From Candidatus Nomurabacteria bacterium (GTDB lineage Bacteria; Patescibacteriota; Patescibacteriia; UBA1558; GWA2-36-10): a stretch of 64,000 bases of DNA. The stretch is from assembly GCA_020632415.1 (NCBI GenBank), contig JACKFO010000002.1:711918-775917 (forward strand), in the 5' to 3' direction. The position numbers were made by a program, and so were the translations under genes. A model generated the notes under the pieces. It did not search any database. It saw only the letters and a program-made list of their open reading frames with translations, and was not told the origin of the DNA. Below are positions 18,244-28,782 of this stretch, one piece after another (positions within the stretch are counted from its first letter, which is position 1; the number at the start of each line of letters is the position of its first letter).

Positions 18244-19976
18244 CAAGTAATTTTAATTTTTTAAAAAAAGTTTTTGCAGCCAATATTTTTATTGTGTGTT
18301 TTTTTGGTTATTTAAGTCTTTATTTTTTGCTTTATCAGGGTAATTATTTTTTCTTTTTTGATCTTTTAAAAATAATCGCGATTTTATTTTTGTTTTTAGT
18401 GGGGGCCATCTTTGTCCCCCAAAGACACATCAAATATCTAGCCGCGCTATTAGCAGGGTTTTTTGTTTTAGATTTTGCTTTGCTTTTGTTTCATTTATTG
18501 CGACATGCATCTTTTAATTGGTTTTACTTTTGGTACAATCGACAAGAAGCTTGGCAGACCATTGATTTAGTTTTTCAGGGTGCGTGGTGGTATTTGTTGG
18601 CAGCTTTATTTTTTATTTTTACTTTTTTTTATTTTATTAAGCATTTGTTTGTGTTTTTTAAAAATAAGTTTAAGCTAAAGAGTGAAAAATATTTTTTTCT
18701 ATTTTTAGTGATACTGCTGCTGAGCCTTTCTTTTATCTCTACAAACAATCTTGAGCTGGTCAAAGTTATCAAGGAGGCATTTAGTAGTAATTCCGAGATT
18801 GTTAATCTGTATCAAGACTATTATCAAAAAATAATCAAAGATTATACTGTCAAGAATCAGAGAATTTTAGATAATTCAATCTTGAATTCGGAAGCTAATA
18901 TTTTTTTCTTGCATTTAGAAAGTTTAAATGGTGAATTTTTAAGTTCAGAAATTACGCCAAATTTTCAAGGGTTAGAAAACAAGGGCCTGGTTTTTAAAAA
19001 CATGCAGACCAACAATGTTCAGACAATTCGTGGTGAAGAAAATATCCTTTGCCCGGTTTTAGCCTCTATTGACCAAGACTTGCATCGCTCTGGCTTGAGC
19101 TCCCAGGCTCTTTGTTTGCCAAAAGTTTTAAAATCATTGGGCTACAAAACAATTTTTTTTAAAAGTCATGATTTATCTTTTGCGGACACCGGTGAATTTA
19201 TGAAAAACATCGGCTTTGATGAGGTTCATAGCTCAGATATCATGTCTCCAGAAGATCAAGAGTTGGCTTGGGGCTATCGAGAGGATCTTTTTTATCAAAG
19301 AGTTTTAGAGTATTTAAAGCAATATCAAGATCAAAAGATTTTTGCTTATATTGCTGTCAGCACCACTAATCACGTGCCTTTTGTTTTGGGTCAGAATTAT
19401 CAAGATTTAAATCTACAATTGCCATCCACTGGAGATAGTTTTTTGGCGCGTCTAAAAAATACTACTTTTGTTCAAGATTATTTTTTTGGAAACTTTTTAG
19501 AGCGATGGCAAGAAAAATATCAAAGCAATTCTCACCTTTTTGCTTTTGGTGATCAGGCTTGGCCAGTTGGCAAGCATGATAATTATTACAATGAAGCCTA
19601 TGCTTATCAAGAGAATTTTTTGTCCAGCTTGGCTGTGTTATCTCCAGAATTAAAAACTTTTGGCTTAAAAGAAAATTATCTTAGTCAAAATGATATTTTT
19701 CTTAGTATTTTGTCATTGCTTGGCCTAGATAGTTTTCAAAGTCCTGGCAAAAATATTTTTACTACAGATAATAAATGTATTATTGCTGTGCAGCCTTATT
19801 CGCGTCGTTATATCACGGCGATTAATTATCCAGAAAAATATATTTATAATATTTTAGATAATATTTTAGAAATTTATAATTTAGCAGATGATCCAGCAGA
19901 AAAAAATCCACTGTTTGTTGGAACAGCAGACGATTTGTCTTATTTAGAAAATTGTTTAGAAAATATCGCTAATTAA
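18240..19976 (+). CDS. LtaS/MdoB-like membrane-anchored sulfatase (alkaline phosphatase superfamily, phosphoglycerol-transferase-like)
   Basis: N-terminal TM helices plus a C-terminal sulfatase-like domain. Its start overlaps the upstream stop by 4 nt (ATGA), indicating translational coupling. Confidence 0.55.
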   Translation: MTSNFNFLKKVFAANIFIVCFFGYLSLYFLLYQGNYFFFFDLLKIIAILFLFLVGAIFVPQRHIKYLAALLAGFFVLDFALLLFHLLRHASFNWFYFWYNRQEAWQTIDLVFQGAWWYLLAALFFIFTFFYFIKHLFVFFKNKFKLKSEKYFFLFLVILLLSLSFISTNNLELVKVIKEAFSSNSEIVNLYQDYYQKIIKDYTVKNQRILDNSILNSEANIFFLHLESLNGEFLSSEITPNFQGLENKGLVFKNMQTNNVQTIRGEENILCPVLASIDQDLHRSGLSSQALCLPKVLKSLGYKTIFFKSHDLSFADTGEFMKNIGFDEVHSSDIMSPEDQELAWGYREDLFYQRVLEYLKQYQDQKIFAYIAVSTTNHVPFVLGQNYQDLNLQLPSTGDSFLARLKNTTFVQDYFFGNFLERWQEKYQSNSHLFAFGDQAWPVGKHDNYYNEAYAYQENFLSSLAVLSPELKTFGLKENYLSQNDIFLSILSLLGLDSFQSPGKNIFTTDNKCIIAVQPYSRRYITAINYPEKYIYNILDNILEIYNLADDPAEKNPLFVGTADDLSYLENCLENIAN

Positions 19977-21507
19977 TTTGATAAATTTCGACTTCCTGAT
20001 CTTCATAAACTAAAGAAATGTTTTGGTCAGCGACTAAAGCATTTTTTAATTCTTCTTTTTTATTTTCTTTTTCTAATAAAATATAATTACTATGAAATTT
20101 TTCTTTGATTGTCGTAGCCAAGTCATCGGTCTCTTGGCCAGAGCCCAAATCTAAATACAATTGATGTAGATCAAGGCTGTAATTATGCATAAAGGTTGGA
20201 TCCAGGCCAATGAGATAATAATTTTTTTGGTTGTGATAAAAAAGCATCGGCCACTGATCCCAGTCATCGTGAAAAACAATGCTTTGTTCTGGAGTATTAT
20301 TTTTAAGCCAAGCACTTGCAGCAGCAAATCTGTCGAAAGCTAGTCTTTGTGGCAGATTAAAAGTAAGCGCTTTGTTCAAAATCAAAGGGATGACCACGAT
20401 CAGCAAAATGCTCAAACTGATCGCAGTGTATGTTTTTAAATAAATATTTAATTTAAGCCAAAAATTTTTAATATTTTGGCGATTAAAAATACTTTTTAGA
20501 TCATTGGCGGCAAAGCTCACAAAAAGCAACAAGAAAGGTAAAAAATATTCAATATAACGACTAGATTTGATCGTTAATAACAAAAAACCAAAGCTTAACA
20601 AAAGACTAAAAGTTGTTTTTTGTGTTAATTTTTGGTAATTAAAGACCAATAAGATGATAAAAAGCCAACTTAAGATAAATAAATGTGGAGCAGAAGATAA
20701 GATTTTGAAAAAACTTGCCCCATACCATTCTCCGCCAACAGCAAACTGATTGCCAAGATTGATTAGTCCGATTTGGATCACTTGCTGCCAATAGAAATAA
20801 AGATTTTCTGGCCAATAAGGATGAGAAATTAGTCCAGCTAATATTCCTCCTAGGCTCCAGATTATTTTTTGCCAATGATAATGTATTTTGACTGAACTTA
20901 TTTTATTGTTGAGCCAAATACTGACAAAATAAGCCAAGAGGATTGGGAAAATAATTGGCCAGCCACCATAAAGCCAAACAAATAACCAGCTCAAAGCAAA
21001 GAGTAATTTATTTTTATTTTTTAAGAGAGCATAAATAAAAAATAAGCAAAGAATAAAGCTCAAAGAATTTGTTTTGATCAAGCTCCAGCGGAAGTTTAAA
21101 TTTGGCAGGGTCAGAATCAAGAGGCTAAAAAGCCAGGCAAAGGTTATGTTTAGTTTTTTTAGAAGCCAATAGAAGCTCAAAACTGCTAAAGTAGCAAATA
21201 AAACAGCAGCAATTTTGACGCCCCACAAAGGATCAGAAAATCTGACAAAAGGAATGAGAAAAATATGATACAAAAAGTGATGATCAGTAAAATTTTCAGC
21301 CAAAGTGCTGAATTGCATCCAAGGTAGTGCGTGTAAGATCTTTCCTTGGCCTAAAATTTGAGCTATTTTAGCATGATAAAAGCCATCAGGGTCACCGATG
21401 ACGGGATTTTTTTGCCAAAGCCAATAAAAGCTCAAAAAAATAAAAAACAAAGACCAGTAGTCAAATCGCCAGGCTTGAATTTTATTTTTTAGGGAGTCTG
21501 ATTTCAT
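19969..21507 (-). CDS. GT-C-like polytopic membrane glycosyltransferase candidate (ArnT/PMT-like)
   Basis: 512 aa, more than 10 TM helices, and a first-loop acidic motif GDPDGFYHAKIAQ. On the minus strand TGCTACAAT lies 9 nt upstream of the ATG. Confidence 0.4.
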   Translation of the reverse strand: MKSDSLKNKIQAWRFDYWSLFFIFLSFYWLWQKNPVIGDPDGFYHAKIAQILGQGKILHALPWMQFSTLAENFTDHHFLYHIFLIPFVRFSDPLWGVKIAAVLFATLAVLSFYWLLKKLNITFAWLFSLLILTLPNLNFRWSLIKTNSLSFILCLFFIYALLKNKNKLLFALSWLFVWLYGGWPIIFPILLAYFVSIWLNNKISSVKIHYHWQKIIWSLGGILAGLISHPYWPENLYFYWQQVIQIGLINLGNQFAVGGEWYGASFFKILSSAPHLFILSWLFIILLVFNYQKLTQKTTFSLLLSFGFLLLTIKSSRYIEYFLPFLLLFVSFAANDLKSIFNRQNIKNFWLKLNIYLKTYTAISLSILLIVVIPLILNKALTFNLPQRLAFDRFAAASAWLKNNTPEQSIVFHDDWDQWPMLFYHNQKNYYLIGLDPTFMHNYSLDLHQLYLDLGSGQETDDLATTIKEKFHSNYILLEKENKKEELKNALVADQNISLVYEDQEVEIYQIN

Positions 21508-21727
21508 CTATTTGGTATTGTAGCAAAACAAGAAATCTCCGCCAAGCATGGGGGCGGAGATTCAGATATTTTTCCTGTTGGTATCTTATTATGGAAAGAG
21601 AAAGTCGTCAAGTTTTCTCTGGCCTCAGAGCAATGATTTAGGTTGATTTTTGTCTGCATTTTTGCTACAATAGTTTTATCAACCGAGCATAAATATCTTT
21701 TATTTATGCTTTTTAAATAAAAAATAT

Positions 21728-22432
21728 ATGAGTGGACATTCCAAGTGGGCGACAACTAAACGAGCCAAAGAGGCCAAGGATTCAAAGCGGAGCAGTCTTT
21801 TTACCAAGCTTTCAAAAAACATTACCATCGCTGCTCGTGATGGGCAAGATCCAGATGCTAATTTTAAATTGAGAATGGCCGTTGATAAGGCCAAGGCTCT
21901 GAGTATGCCAAAAGATAATATCGAAAGAGCGATTAAGCGTGGCGGCGGAACTGGTGAGGGAGACAATATCGAAAGTCTGGTTTACGAAGCTTATGGACCA
22001 GAAGGCGTGGCGATTATCCTTGAGGTTTTGACTGATAATAAAAATCGAACCGTTGGCAATTTAAAACATGTTTTGAGTAAGGCCGGTGGAAATTTAGGTT
22101 CAAGCGGTAGTGTTTTGTGGATGTTTGAGATGAAAGGACAAATTATTTTAAAAAATTCTAGCCTTTCAGAAGAAGAGGAATTAAAAATTATCGAATCTGG
22201 TGCCGAAGACATTGTCCGAGATGAACAAATTCAAGTGCTTACCAATAAAGAAGACTTAGCGTTAGTCAGAGAAAATTTAGCTAAAAGTAATTTTGAAATT
22301 GAGGATTCGGACATCATTTATTTGGCCAAAGATAAAGTTTCAGTTAGCGATGAAGAAAAACTTTTACGCTTACTTGATGCCTTAGATGACGATGACGATG
22401 TAAACAATATTTATACTAACGCCGACATTTAA
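21728..22432 (+). CDS. yebC: YebC/PmpR family transcriptional regulator
   Basis: MSGHSKWATTKRAKEAKDSKRS...NIERAIKRG. Confidence 0.9.
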   Translation: MSGHSKWATTKRAKEAKDSKRSSLFTKLSKNITIAARDGQDPDANFKLRMAVDKAKALSMPKDNIERAIKRGGGTGEGDNIESLVYEAYGPEGVAIILEVLTDNKNRTVGNLKHVLSKAGGNLGSSGSVLWMFEMKGQIILKNSSLSEEEELKIIESGAEDIVRDEQIQVLTNKEDLALVRENLAKSNFEIEDSDIIYLAKDKVSVSDEEKLLRLLDALDDDDDVNNIYTNADI

Positions 22433-22935
22433 TGTCTAAACAAATTAAAAAACAAATTATTTTAGGCTTAGATCCAGGATTTGCTGATACCGGCTTTGGT
22501 GTTTTGGAAAAAAACGGCAATCAGCTGACTTTTTTGGAAGCAGGGAGCATCAAAACTAAGGCGAAGACTGATTTTAGTGAACGCTTGGAAATAATTTATC
22601 AAGAAATAAACAAACTAGTTCTTAAGTGGCAGCCAGATTTAGTGGCAATTGAGAAATTATATTTTGCTCGTAATGTGACCAATGCTCTAGACGTTGGTCA
22701 AGCTAGAGGAGTTGTCTTGTTGGCCTTGATTCAAAATCATTGTCAAATTTTGGAATTCACTCCTCTGCAAATTAAACAGGCTTTGACTGGCTCAGGAGCA
22801 GCTAGTAAACGTCAAGTTGGCCTGATGGTCAAGAGTTTATTGAAGATCAAAGAAGTGCCTAAACCAGATGACGCAGCTGACGCAGTTGCAACGGCAATTT
22901 GTGGCGCTTTTTTTAATAAGAGGTTATCATTATAG
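22432..22935 (+). CDS. ruvC: Crossover junction endodeoxyribonuclease RuvC
   Basis: IILGLDPGFADTGFGVL at the N-terminus; length is RuvC-like. Confidence 0.85.
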   Translation: MSKQIKKQIILGLDPGFADTGFGVLEKNGNQLTFLEAGSIKTKAKTDFSERLEIIYQEINKLVLKWQPDLVAIEKLYFARNVTNALDVGQARGVVLLALIQNHCQILEFTPLQIKQALTGSGAASKRQVGLMVKSLLKIKEVPKPDDAADAVATAICGAFFNKRLSL

Positions 22936-22955
22936 TATAATTAATATTTAGTGGA

Positions 22956-24443
22956 ATGAAATCTTTAAAAATTGTTTCCATTTCAGCAGAACTTGATCCT
23001 TTTTCTAAAACGGGTGGTCTAGCTGACGTCTCACGTTCTTTGGCTAGGAGTTTGCATCGTTTAGGACATGATATTATTGCGATTACGCCTTTGTATAGCA
23101 AAGTGATTGATCGTGATAAGTTTAAATTAAAAATAATTTATCGAGACGTTCAGTTAAATTTAGATAAAGAAAACACAGTTAAGGTTAGCTATTATCAGGG
23201 GGAGCTAATGCCTGGTTTGCCGGTTTATTTTGTTAGATGCGATAAATATTTTGGTCGTAAAAAATGGCCCTATGGATCGTCACGAGAAGGGGCGCGTTTT
23301 TATTTGTTTGACGTTGCTGCTTTAAAATTAATTTCTTTATTAAAATTTAAAGCGGACGTTATTCATTGTCATGATTGGCATACGGGCCTGATTCCTTATT
23401 TAAAGAAAAAACGTTTTTATCGTAGCAAAACCTTAGCTTCGGCTGCAACTGTATTTACTATCCATAATCTTACTTTTCAAGCAGGCATGAATTGGTGGGA
23501 AATACCAGTTAAATATCGAGATAAAGGTAAGGGTGTTTTGCCCTTATTTAAAGATGAAAAGATAAATTATATTAATTTTTCTAAAAGAGCCATTCTAAAC
23601 GCGGATGTTATTAATACAGTTTCCGAAACTTATGCCGATGAAATTATTAAGAAAAATTTTGGGCAAGATTTACATCGTATTTTAGTTAATCGCCGGCACA
23701 AACTTTTTGGAGTAGTCAATGGCATTGATTATAATGACTATAATCCAAGGACAGATCAGGGATTAAAAAAGAGATACTCGATTGAAACAATTCATCGTAA
23801 GATTGTCAACAAACGTCATTTGCAAAAAATGTTTAAATTACCCACTGATGATCGCATTCCAATCATTAGTTTTACTTCACGTATTGCTGAACAGAAAGGG
23901 TTTGATTTATTATTGGATATTTTACCTACGGTATTATTACGCGATGTTCAATTGATAATTATGGGTGATGGCGATAAGAATTTGATTGATAGAATTAACA
24001 AAATAAAAAAACTTTTTCCAGGAAAGATACATCAGTTTCCATTTTATGAAAATCGTAAAATGGAAACCCTACTTTATGCGGGTGGTGATTTGGTATTAGT
24101 CCCTTCTAGATTTGAGCCGTGTGGTATTACTCAAATGAAAGCTTTTCGTTATGGCTGTGTGCCGATCGTCAGATCAACAGGAGGCTTGTCTGATACGGTA
24201 GATAATTTCGATCCGGTAGATTATGATAATGGCAATGGCTTTACTTTTAAGAATTATAAATCACAAGAATTGTTAGTAGCAATTACTCGCGCTTTGGAAA
24301 CTTATAAATATAAAAATGTTTGGAAAGATTTAATGCGTCGAGGAATGCGCGCTTCTTTTTCTTGGGAGCTGCCAGCTAAAAAATATTTAGAATTATATAA
24401 AAAAGCCAAAAAATTTCAAAATGAAGAAAATAACTTGGATTAA
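22956..24443 (+). CDS. glgA: Glycogen/starch synthase-like GT5 glycosyltransferase
   Basis: KIVSISAELDPFSKTGGLADVSRSL (KxGGL motif) and a C-terminal GT-B fold. Confidence 0.75.
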   Translation: MKSLKIVSISAELDPFSKTGGLADVSRSLARSLHRLGHDIIAITPLYSKVIDRDKFKLKIIYRDVQLNLDKENTVKVSYYQGELMPGLPVYFVRCDKYFGRKKWPYGSSREGARFYLFDVAALKLISLLKFKADVIHCHDWHTGLIPYLKKKRFYRSKTLASAATVFTIHNLTFQAGMNWWEIPVKYRDKGKGVLPLFKDEKINYINFSKRAILNADVINTVSETYADEIIKKNFGQDLHRILVNRRHKLFGVVNGIDYNDYNPRTDQGLKKRYSIETIHRKIVNKRHLQKMFKLPTDDRIPIISFTSRIAEQKGFDLLLDILPTVLLRDVQLIIMGDGDKNLIDRINKIKKLFPGKIHQFPFYENRKMETLLYAGGDLVLVPSRFEPCGITQMKAFRYGCVPIVRSTGGLSDTVDNFDPVDYDNGNGFTFKNYKSQELLVAITRALETYKYKNVWKDLMRRGMRASFSWELPAKKYLELYKKAKKFQNEENNLD

Positions 24444-25578
24444 TTTTTTACATATTTATCAACCTCCTTGGCAAGAGCGAGGGATTATTGAACAAGCTGC
24501 TAATGAGAGCTATGAATATTTATTTCGTTTGTTCGAAAAACATAAAAAATTTAGAGCGACGATAAACATCAGCGGCTCTTTAGTTGATCAGTTAGCAGAA
24601 TTTCGTCCGGAGCTGTTAAAAAAATTACAAAATCTAGTCAAGAAAAACAAGCTTGAATTAACAGGTTCGGCTAAATATCACGCGCTCTTACCCCTTTTGT
24701 CTGTAAGTGAAATAAAAAGACAAATTATTTTAAATCAAGAGACTTTAAATAAATATTTTCCAGATGCTGAGATCAAAGGTTTTTATTTACCAGAAATGGC
24801 TTTTGCTCCTTTTTTAGGAAAAGTGATTAAAAACTTTGGCTATCAATATTTAATTGTTGATCCGATTATCTGTTCTGATAAAATAAACAATAAATTTAGT
24901 TATTTTTTAAAAGATTCTGGCTTGCAAATTATTTTTCGCAATCGAGAAATTTCAAAAGCTTATCCAGCGGAAATTATTTTTGAAAAATTAAAAGTAGCAG
25001 AAGACGAGAGAGAGCTCATTATCACTGGTACCGATGGTGAAATGTATGGCCATCGACATGAAGATTGGCAAGGACATTTGGAGCAGATTTTGCAAAATAA
25101 GAATTTGGAGGTTTTGCAAATTAGAGATTATTTAAGTTTATCAGAAGATAAAAAGATAATTAGTTTAAGTTCTGGTTCCTGGGAGAGTACTAAAAACGAA
25201 CTAAAAAAAGGCATTCCCTTTGCTTTGTGGAATGATCCTAAAAATGCAATCCATCAGTTTTTGTGGGATTTAGTCAATTTAAGCACGGAGCTGCTTACTA
25301 AGTATAAAAAAGATCCGAATTTTTATTGGGCTCGACAGCATTTGGATCGAGGTTTAGCTTCTTGTACTTTTTGGTGGGCCTCTGCCAAAAAACCGTCAGA
25401 TTTTTCTCCACTAACTTGGAATCCAGACATGATTGATAATGGTTCTGAGGAATTAGTGCGTAGCATTCGTTCTCTGAATCGCGCCTCAGTTCAAGAGAGG
25501 ATAAAAGCCGAACGTTTATACATTGAGATCAAAAAAAATACTTGGGAAAAACATTGGAAAAAATATCATAAACAATAA
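24421..25578 (+). CDS. Glycoside hydrolase family 57 protein (alpha-glucan branching / glucanotransferase-like)
   Basis: FLHIYQPPWQ (GH57 region I), LPEMAF (region III Glu nucleophile) and GTDGEMYGH (region IV Asp). Confidence 0.6.
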   Translation: MKKITWINFLHIYQPPWQERGIIEQAANESYEYLFRLFEKHKKFRATINISGSLVDQLAEFRPELLKKLQNLVKKNKLELTGSAKYHALLPLLSVSEIKRQIILNQETLNKYFPDAEIKGFYLPEMAFAPFLGKVIKNFGYQYLIVDPIICSDKINNKFSYFLKDSGLQIIFRNREISKAYPAEIIFEKLKVAEDERELIITGTDGEMYGHRHEDWQGHLEQILQNKNLEVLQIRDYLSLSEDKKIISLSSGSWESTKNELKKGIPFALWNDPKNAIHQFLWDLVNLSTELLTKYKKDPNFYWARQHLDRGLASCTFWWASAKKPSDFSPLTWNPDMIDNGSEELVRSIRSLNRASVQERIKAERLYIEIKKNTWEKHWKKYHKQ

Positions 25579-25582
25579 AATC

Positions 25583-26656
25583 ATGAATTCAAGATCAATT
25601 TTAGATGACAAAATAAAAGAACAAGTCGCTCAAGTGGCTAATCATGATTTTGTCAGAGAAATTTTGGACGCTAATTTAAACAAATATTATCCAGACTTTC
25701 AAAAAATAGAAGAATTGACACTTAAGGCCTACAAGAAACACATTGGTAAGACTAGTGCAGTTTTTGTAATTGGTTATAAAATAAAATATTTAAATACTGA
25801 TAACAAGATTGGTAAATTAGAGCTATTTGCCACAGCTCATTCTGATGACTCACGAAAAGCTGCTTTTGAGAAATTAAATTTTTTGTATCAAAATGGTTTT
25901 AATCAAGGAAAATTTCAAGTTACTCGACCATTATTTTTTTTGAGCGAGCAAAAAGGATTTTTTTATGAATCATCAGTTGGCCGTAGTTTGTTTAGTTTTT
26001 TTAAAGAAGATAGTTTTGTTGATTTGGGAAATGCTTTGGACTTAGCTGCTGGTTGGGTTAGAGAATTGCATTCTTTGAAGGACAAAAGTACATTTTCTTG
26101 GCCAAAATTTTCAGTGAGCAACATGATTCCTTCGCCACAGCAATTTTTACCAGACTTTATTGAGCATGATCAGCTTTTGGGCTCAAAAATAAAGAGAATA
26201 GTTTCTCAAATTCAAAATTGGGAAAAAGAATTAAAGAAAACTTTTCAAGAGACTTTAATTTATGGTGACTATCATCCAGAAAATATAATCATTACCGATT
26301 TGCAGGCCCAGAACTTAAAAATGATTGATTTTACAGATGTGGCCTTAGGTGATCCAATGACAGATTTAGGTACTTTTTTGCAGCAATTTGATTTCATGGG
26401 GCATCGTTTTTTCTCAAGAGAAAAAATAAATCAAGATAAAGAATATTTTTTTAATAGTTATTTTCAAAAAAGTTTGTCAGAAGTAGAAGAAAATTATTTT
26501 CAAAGAATAAATCTTTATCAAGCCTGGACAGCTTTGCGTACTGCGGTATTCTTATTTTATATGCATCGAGATGATTCAGTAAAAGAGTTGTTAAGAGAAG
26601 TTGAAAGTTATATTCTCTTGATAGACAATAAAGAAAAAAGAATTAACATACACTAG
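25583..26656 (+). CDS. APH/choline-kinase-fold putative sugar kinase
   Basis: Catalytic-loop motif GDYHPENIIITD (HGDxxxxN). The start was reassigned to the ATG at 25583, after the upstream stop. Confidence 0.5.
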   Translation: MNSRSILDDKIKEQVAQVANHDFVREILDANLNKYYPDFQKIEELTLKAYKKHIGKTSAVFVIGYKIKYLNTDNKIGKLELFATAHSDDSRKAAFEKLNFLYQNGFNQGKFQVTRPLFFLSEQKGFFYESSVGRSLFSFFKEDSFVDLGNALDLAAGWVRELHSLKDKSTFSWPKFSVSNMIPSPQQFLPDFIEHDQLLGSKIKRIVSQIQNWEKELKKTFQETLIYGDYHPENIIITDLQAQNLKMIDFTDVALGDPMTDLGTFLQQFDFMGHRFFSREKINQDKEYFFNSYFQKSLSEVEENYFQRINLYQAWTALRTAVFLFYMHRDDSVKELLREVESYILLIDNKEKRINIH

Positions 26657-26659
26657 TTT

Positions 26660-27232
26660 ATGAAAGCTCATAAAATTATTTTTGAAGGAGCAGAGTTAAC
26701 GGGTAAAAGTTGGTTGATGAGCCAGGTTTATGATTTTTTGGAACCAAAATATAATAGTGGCGGAAAAATTTTGGATGGCTGTCATTGGTTTAACTGCGAT
26801 GTTGGAATTTTTGGAACAAAGTATGGCAAAGTGGCAATAGAAAAATATTTGGAATTAGCAGAATCTTTGCCAAAATCAAATGTTATGTTAGAGAAATTTC
26901 ATTTGAGCGAAGCTGTTTATCAAAAATTGTATAATCAAAAAAATTTTAATTTTATAAAAATTGAAAAACGCTTAAAAAAACTTGGTGCCAAAATAGTCTT
27001 GGTCACTTTTCCAGAGGATAAAAAATTGATCAGCAAAAGAATTGAAGATCGCCTCCGGCTTTATCCTCATTATTCTCGAATCGTCCAAAAACCCGAAGAT
27101 TATATTAAACAACAAAGACTATTTATTAGCTTGTTAAAGAAAAGTAAACTAGAAAATATTATTATTGAAACAGAGCATTTGCCTGATGAAAAAAAAGTTC
27201 AAGAGATCCTGGACTTCTTAGAAGAAAAATAA
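26660..27232 (+). CDS. P-loop nucleoside/nucleotide kinase-like protein
   Basis: Walker A GAELTGKS; 190 aa. Confidence 0.45.
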   Translation: MKAHKIIFEGAELTGKSWLMSQVYDFLEPKYNSGGKILDGCHWFNCDVGIFGTKYGKVAIEKYLELAESLPKSNVMLEKFHLSEAVYQKLYNQKNFNFIKIEKRLKKLGAKIVLVTFPEDKKLISKRIEDRLRLYPHYSRIVQKPEDYIKQQRLFISLLKKSKLENIIIETEHLPDEKKVQEILDFLEEK

Positions 27233-27303
27233 AAACGCTCTCGATAAAAAGGGTGTTTTTTGTTATAATGATTCTATATTTTATAATAAAATAACAAATA
27301 AAA

Positions 27304-28779
27304 ATGATAAATAAAATGAAAGTTTTGTTCGTTGGCGCAGAACTTGCTCCCTTAGTTAAAGTGGGCGGGTTAGGAGACGTGATGGGTTCTTTGCCAAAAG
27401 CCTTGATAAGAAATAAAGTAGATTTGAAAATAATTATTCCTTTTTATGGAGCGATAGATAAGAAAAAATTTTTAATAAAATTATTTAAGAAAAATATAAA
27501 ATTAGAAATTGATCAGCAGAAATTAAATTTTGATCTCTACCAAACATATCTACCAGGAAGCAAGATTAAGGTTTTTTTAATAAAGCACAAATTATTTGAT
27601 CATAAAGAAATTTATGTAGGGCACCGTAAATATTTAAAGGGCAGGGTTTATTCTCGTTCCCTTGGCGACATTGAACGTTTTGTCTTTTTTTCCAAGGCTG
27701 TTGTCGAAACAATCAAACAATTAAATTGGCAATTAGACATTGTTCATTGTCATGATTGGCACACAGCTTTGATCCCAACCTTGATTGATGAATATAGTTT
27801 AGAAGATCAGAATTTTAAAAATATTAAAACTGTTTTTACCATTCACAATTTAGCTAATCAAGGAGTGGCTCCTTTAGACATTGTTGACTATGGAGGTTTA
27901 CACCATGATCTGACGCCTGCTTTGATGGAAGATTATTATGATCGCGATGGTGATAAGATTGACATGATGAAAGTTGGTATTTTGTCAGCAGATTTAGTTA
28001 ACACTGTTAGCCCAAATTATGCCAAAGAGATTTTAAGCAAAGAATACGGAGAAAAATTAGAAGCATATTTATTAAGGCGTAAGAAACATTTGTTTGGGAT
28101 TGTTAATGGCATTGATCTGGATTTTTTTAATCCTCAAAAAGATCAGTTGATTTACAAAAAATATAATTTAAAAAATTATAAAAGTGGCAAGCTAGCCAAT
28201 AAGCAAGCTTTGCAGAAAGAATTAAAATTACCGCTTGTTGACGTTCCTGTTTTTGGCTTGGTTTCTCGCTTGGTCAGACAAAAAGGATTAGACATTTTGA
28301 TTCCGACTCTCCAGAAGCTATTACACAAAACAGAAATGCAGATAATTATTTTAGGAACCGGCCAAGAAGAATACGAGGATGACTTCAAAGCTTTAGAAAA
28401 AAAATATCCAAGCAAAGTAAAAGCAAAAATTACTTTTGATATTAAATTAGCCCAAAAAATTTATGCTGCTTCCGATTTCTTTTTAATGCCTTCTAGTTTT
28501 GAGCCTTGCGGTTTAGGACAAATGATTGCGATGCGTTATGGAAGTTTGCCGATCGTTAGGGCAACCGGGGGCTTAAAAGACACGGTCAAGCATAAAAAAA
28601 CAGGCTTAGTATTCAAAAATTATAAAGCCTCAGAATTACACAAGGTGTTTTTACAAGCTTTAAAGCTTTATCGTCATAAATCAGCTTTTGATGTTATAAT
28701 AAAAGCAGCGATGAAAGAAGATTTTTCTTGGGCTAAATCGGCAGCAGATTATATAAAATTATATAAAAAATTGATTTAA
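27304..28779 (+). CDS. glgA: Glycogen/starch synthase-like GT5 glycosyltransferase (second copy)
   Basis: MKVLFVGAELAPLVKVGGLGDVMGSLPKAL. Confidence 0.75.
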   Translation: MINKMKVLFVGAELAPLVKVGGLGDVMGSLPKALIRNKVDLKIIIPFYGAIDKKKFLIKLFKKNIKLEIDQQKLNFDLYQTYLPGSKIKVFLIKHKLFDHKEIYVGHRKYLKGRVYSRSLGDIERFVFFSKAVVETIKQLNWQLDIVHCHDWHTALIPTLIDEYSLEDQNFKNIKTVFTIHNLANQGVAPLDIVDYGGLHHDLTPALMEDYYDRDGDKIDMMKVGILSADLVNTVSPNYAKEILSKEYGEKLEAYLLRRKKHLFGIVNGIDLDFFNPQKDQLIYKKYNLKNYKSGKLANKQALQKELKLPLVDVPVFGLVSRLVRQKGLDILIPTLQKLLHKTEMQIIILGTGQEEYEDDFKALEKKYPSKVKAKITFDIKLAQKIYAASDFFLMPSSFEPCGLGQMIAMRYGSLPIVRATGGLKDTVKHKKTGLVFKNYKASELHKVFLQALKLYRHKSAFDVIIKAAMKEDFSWAKSAADYIKLYKKLI

Positions 28780-28782
28780 ATT

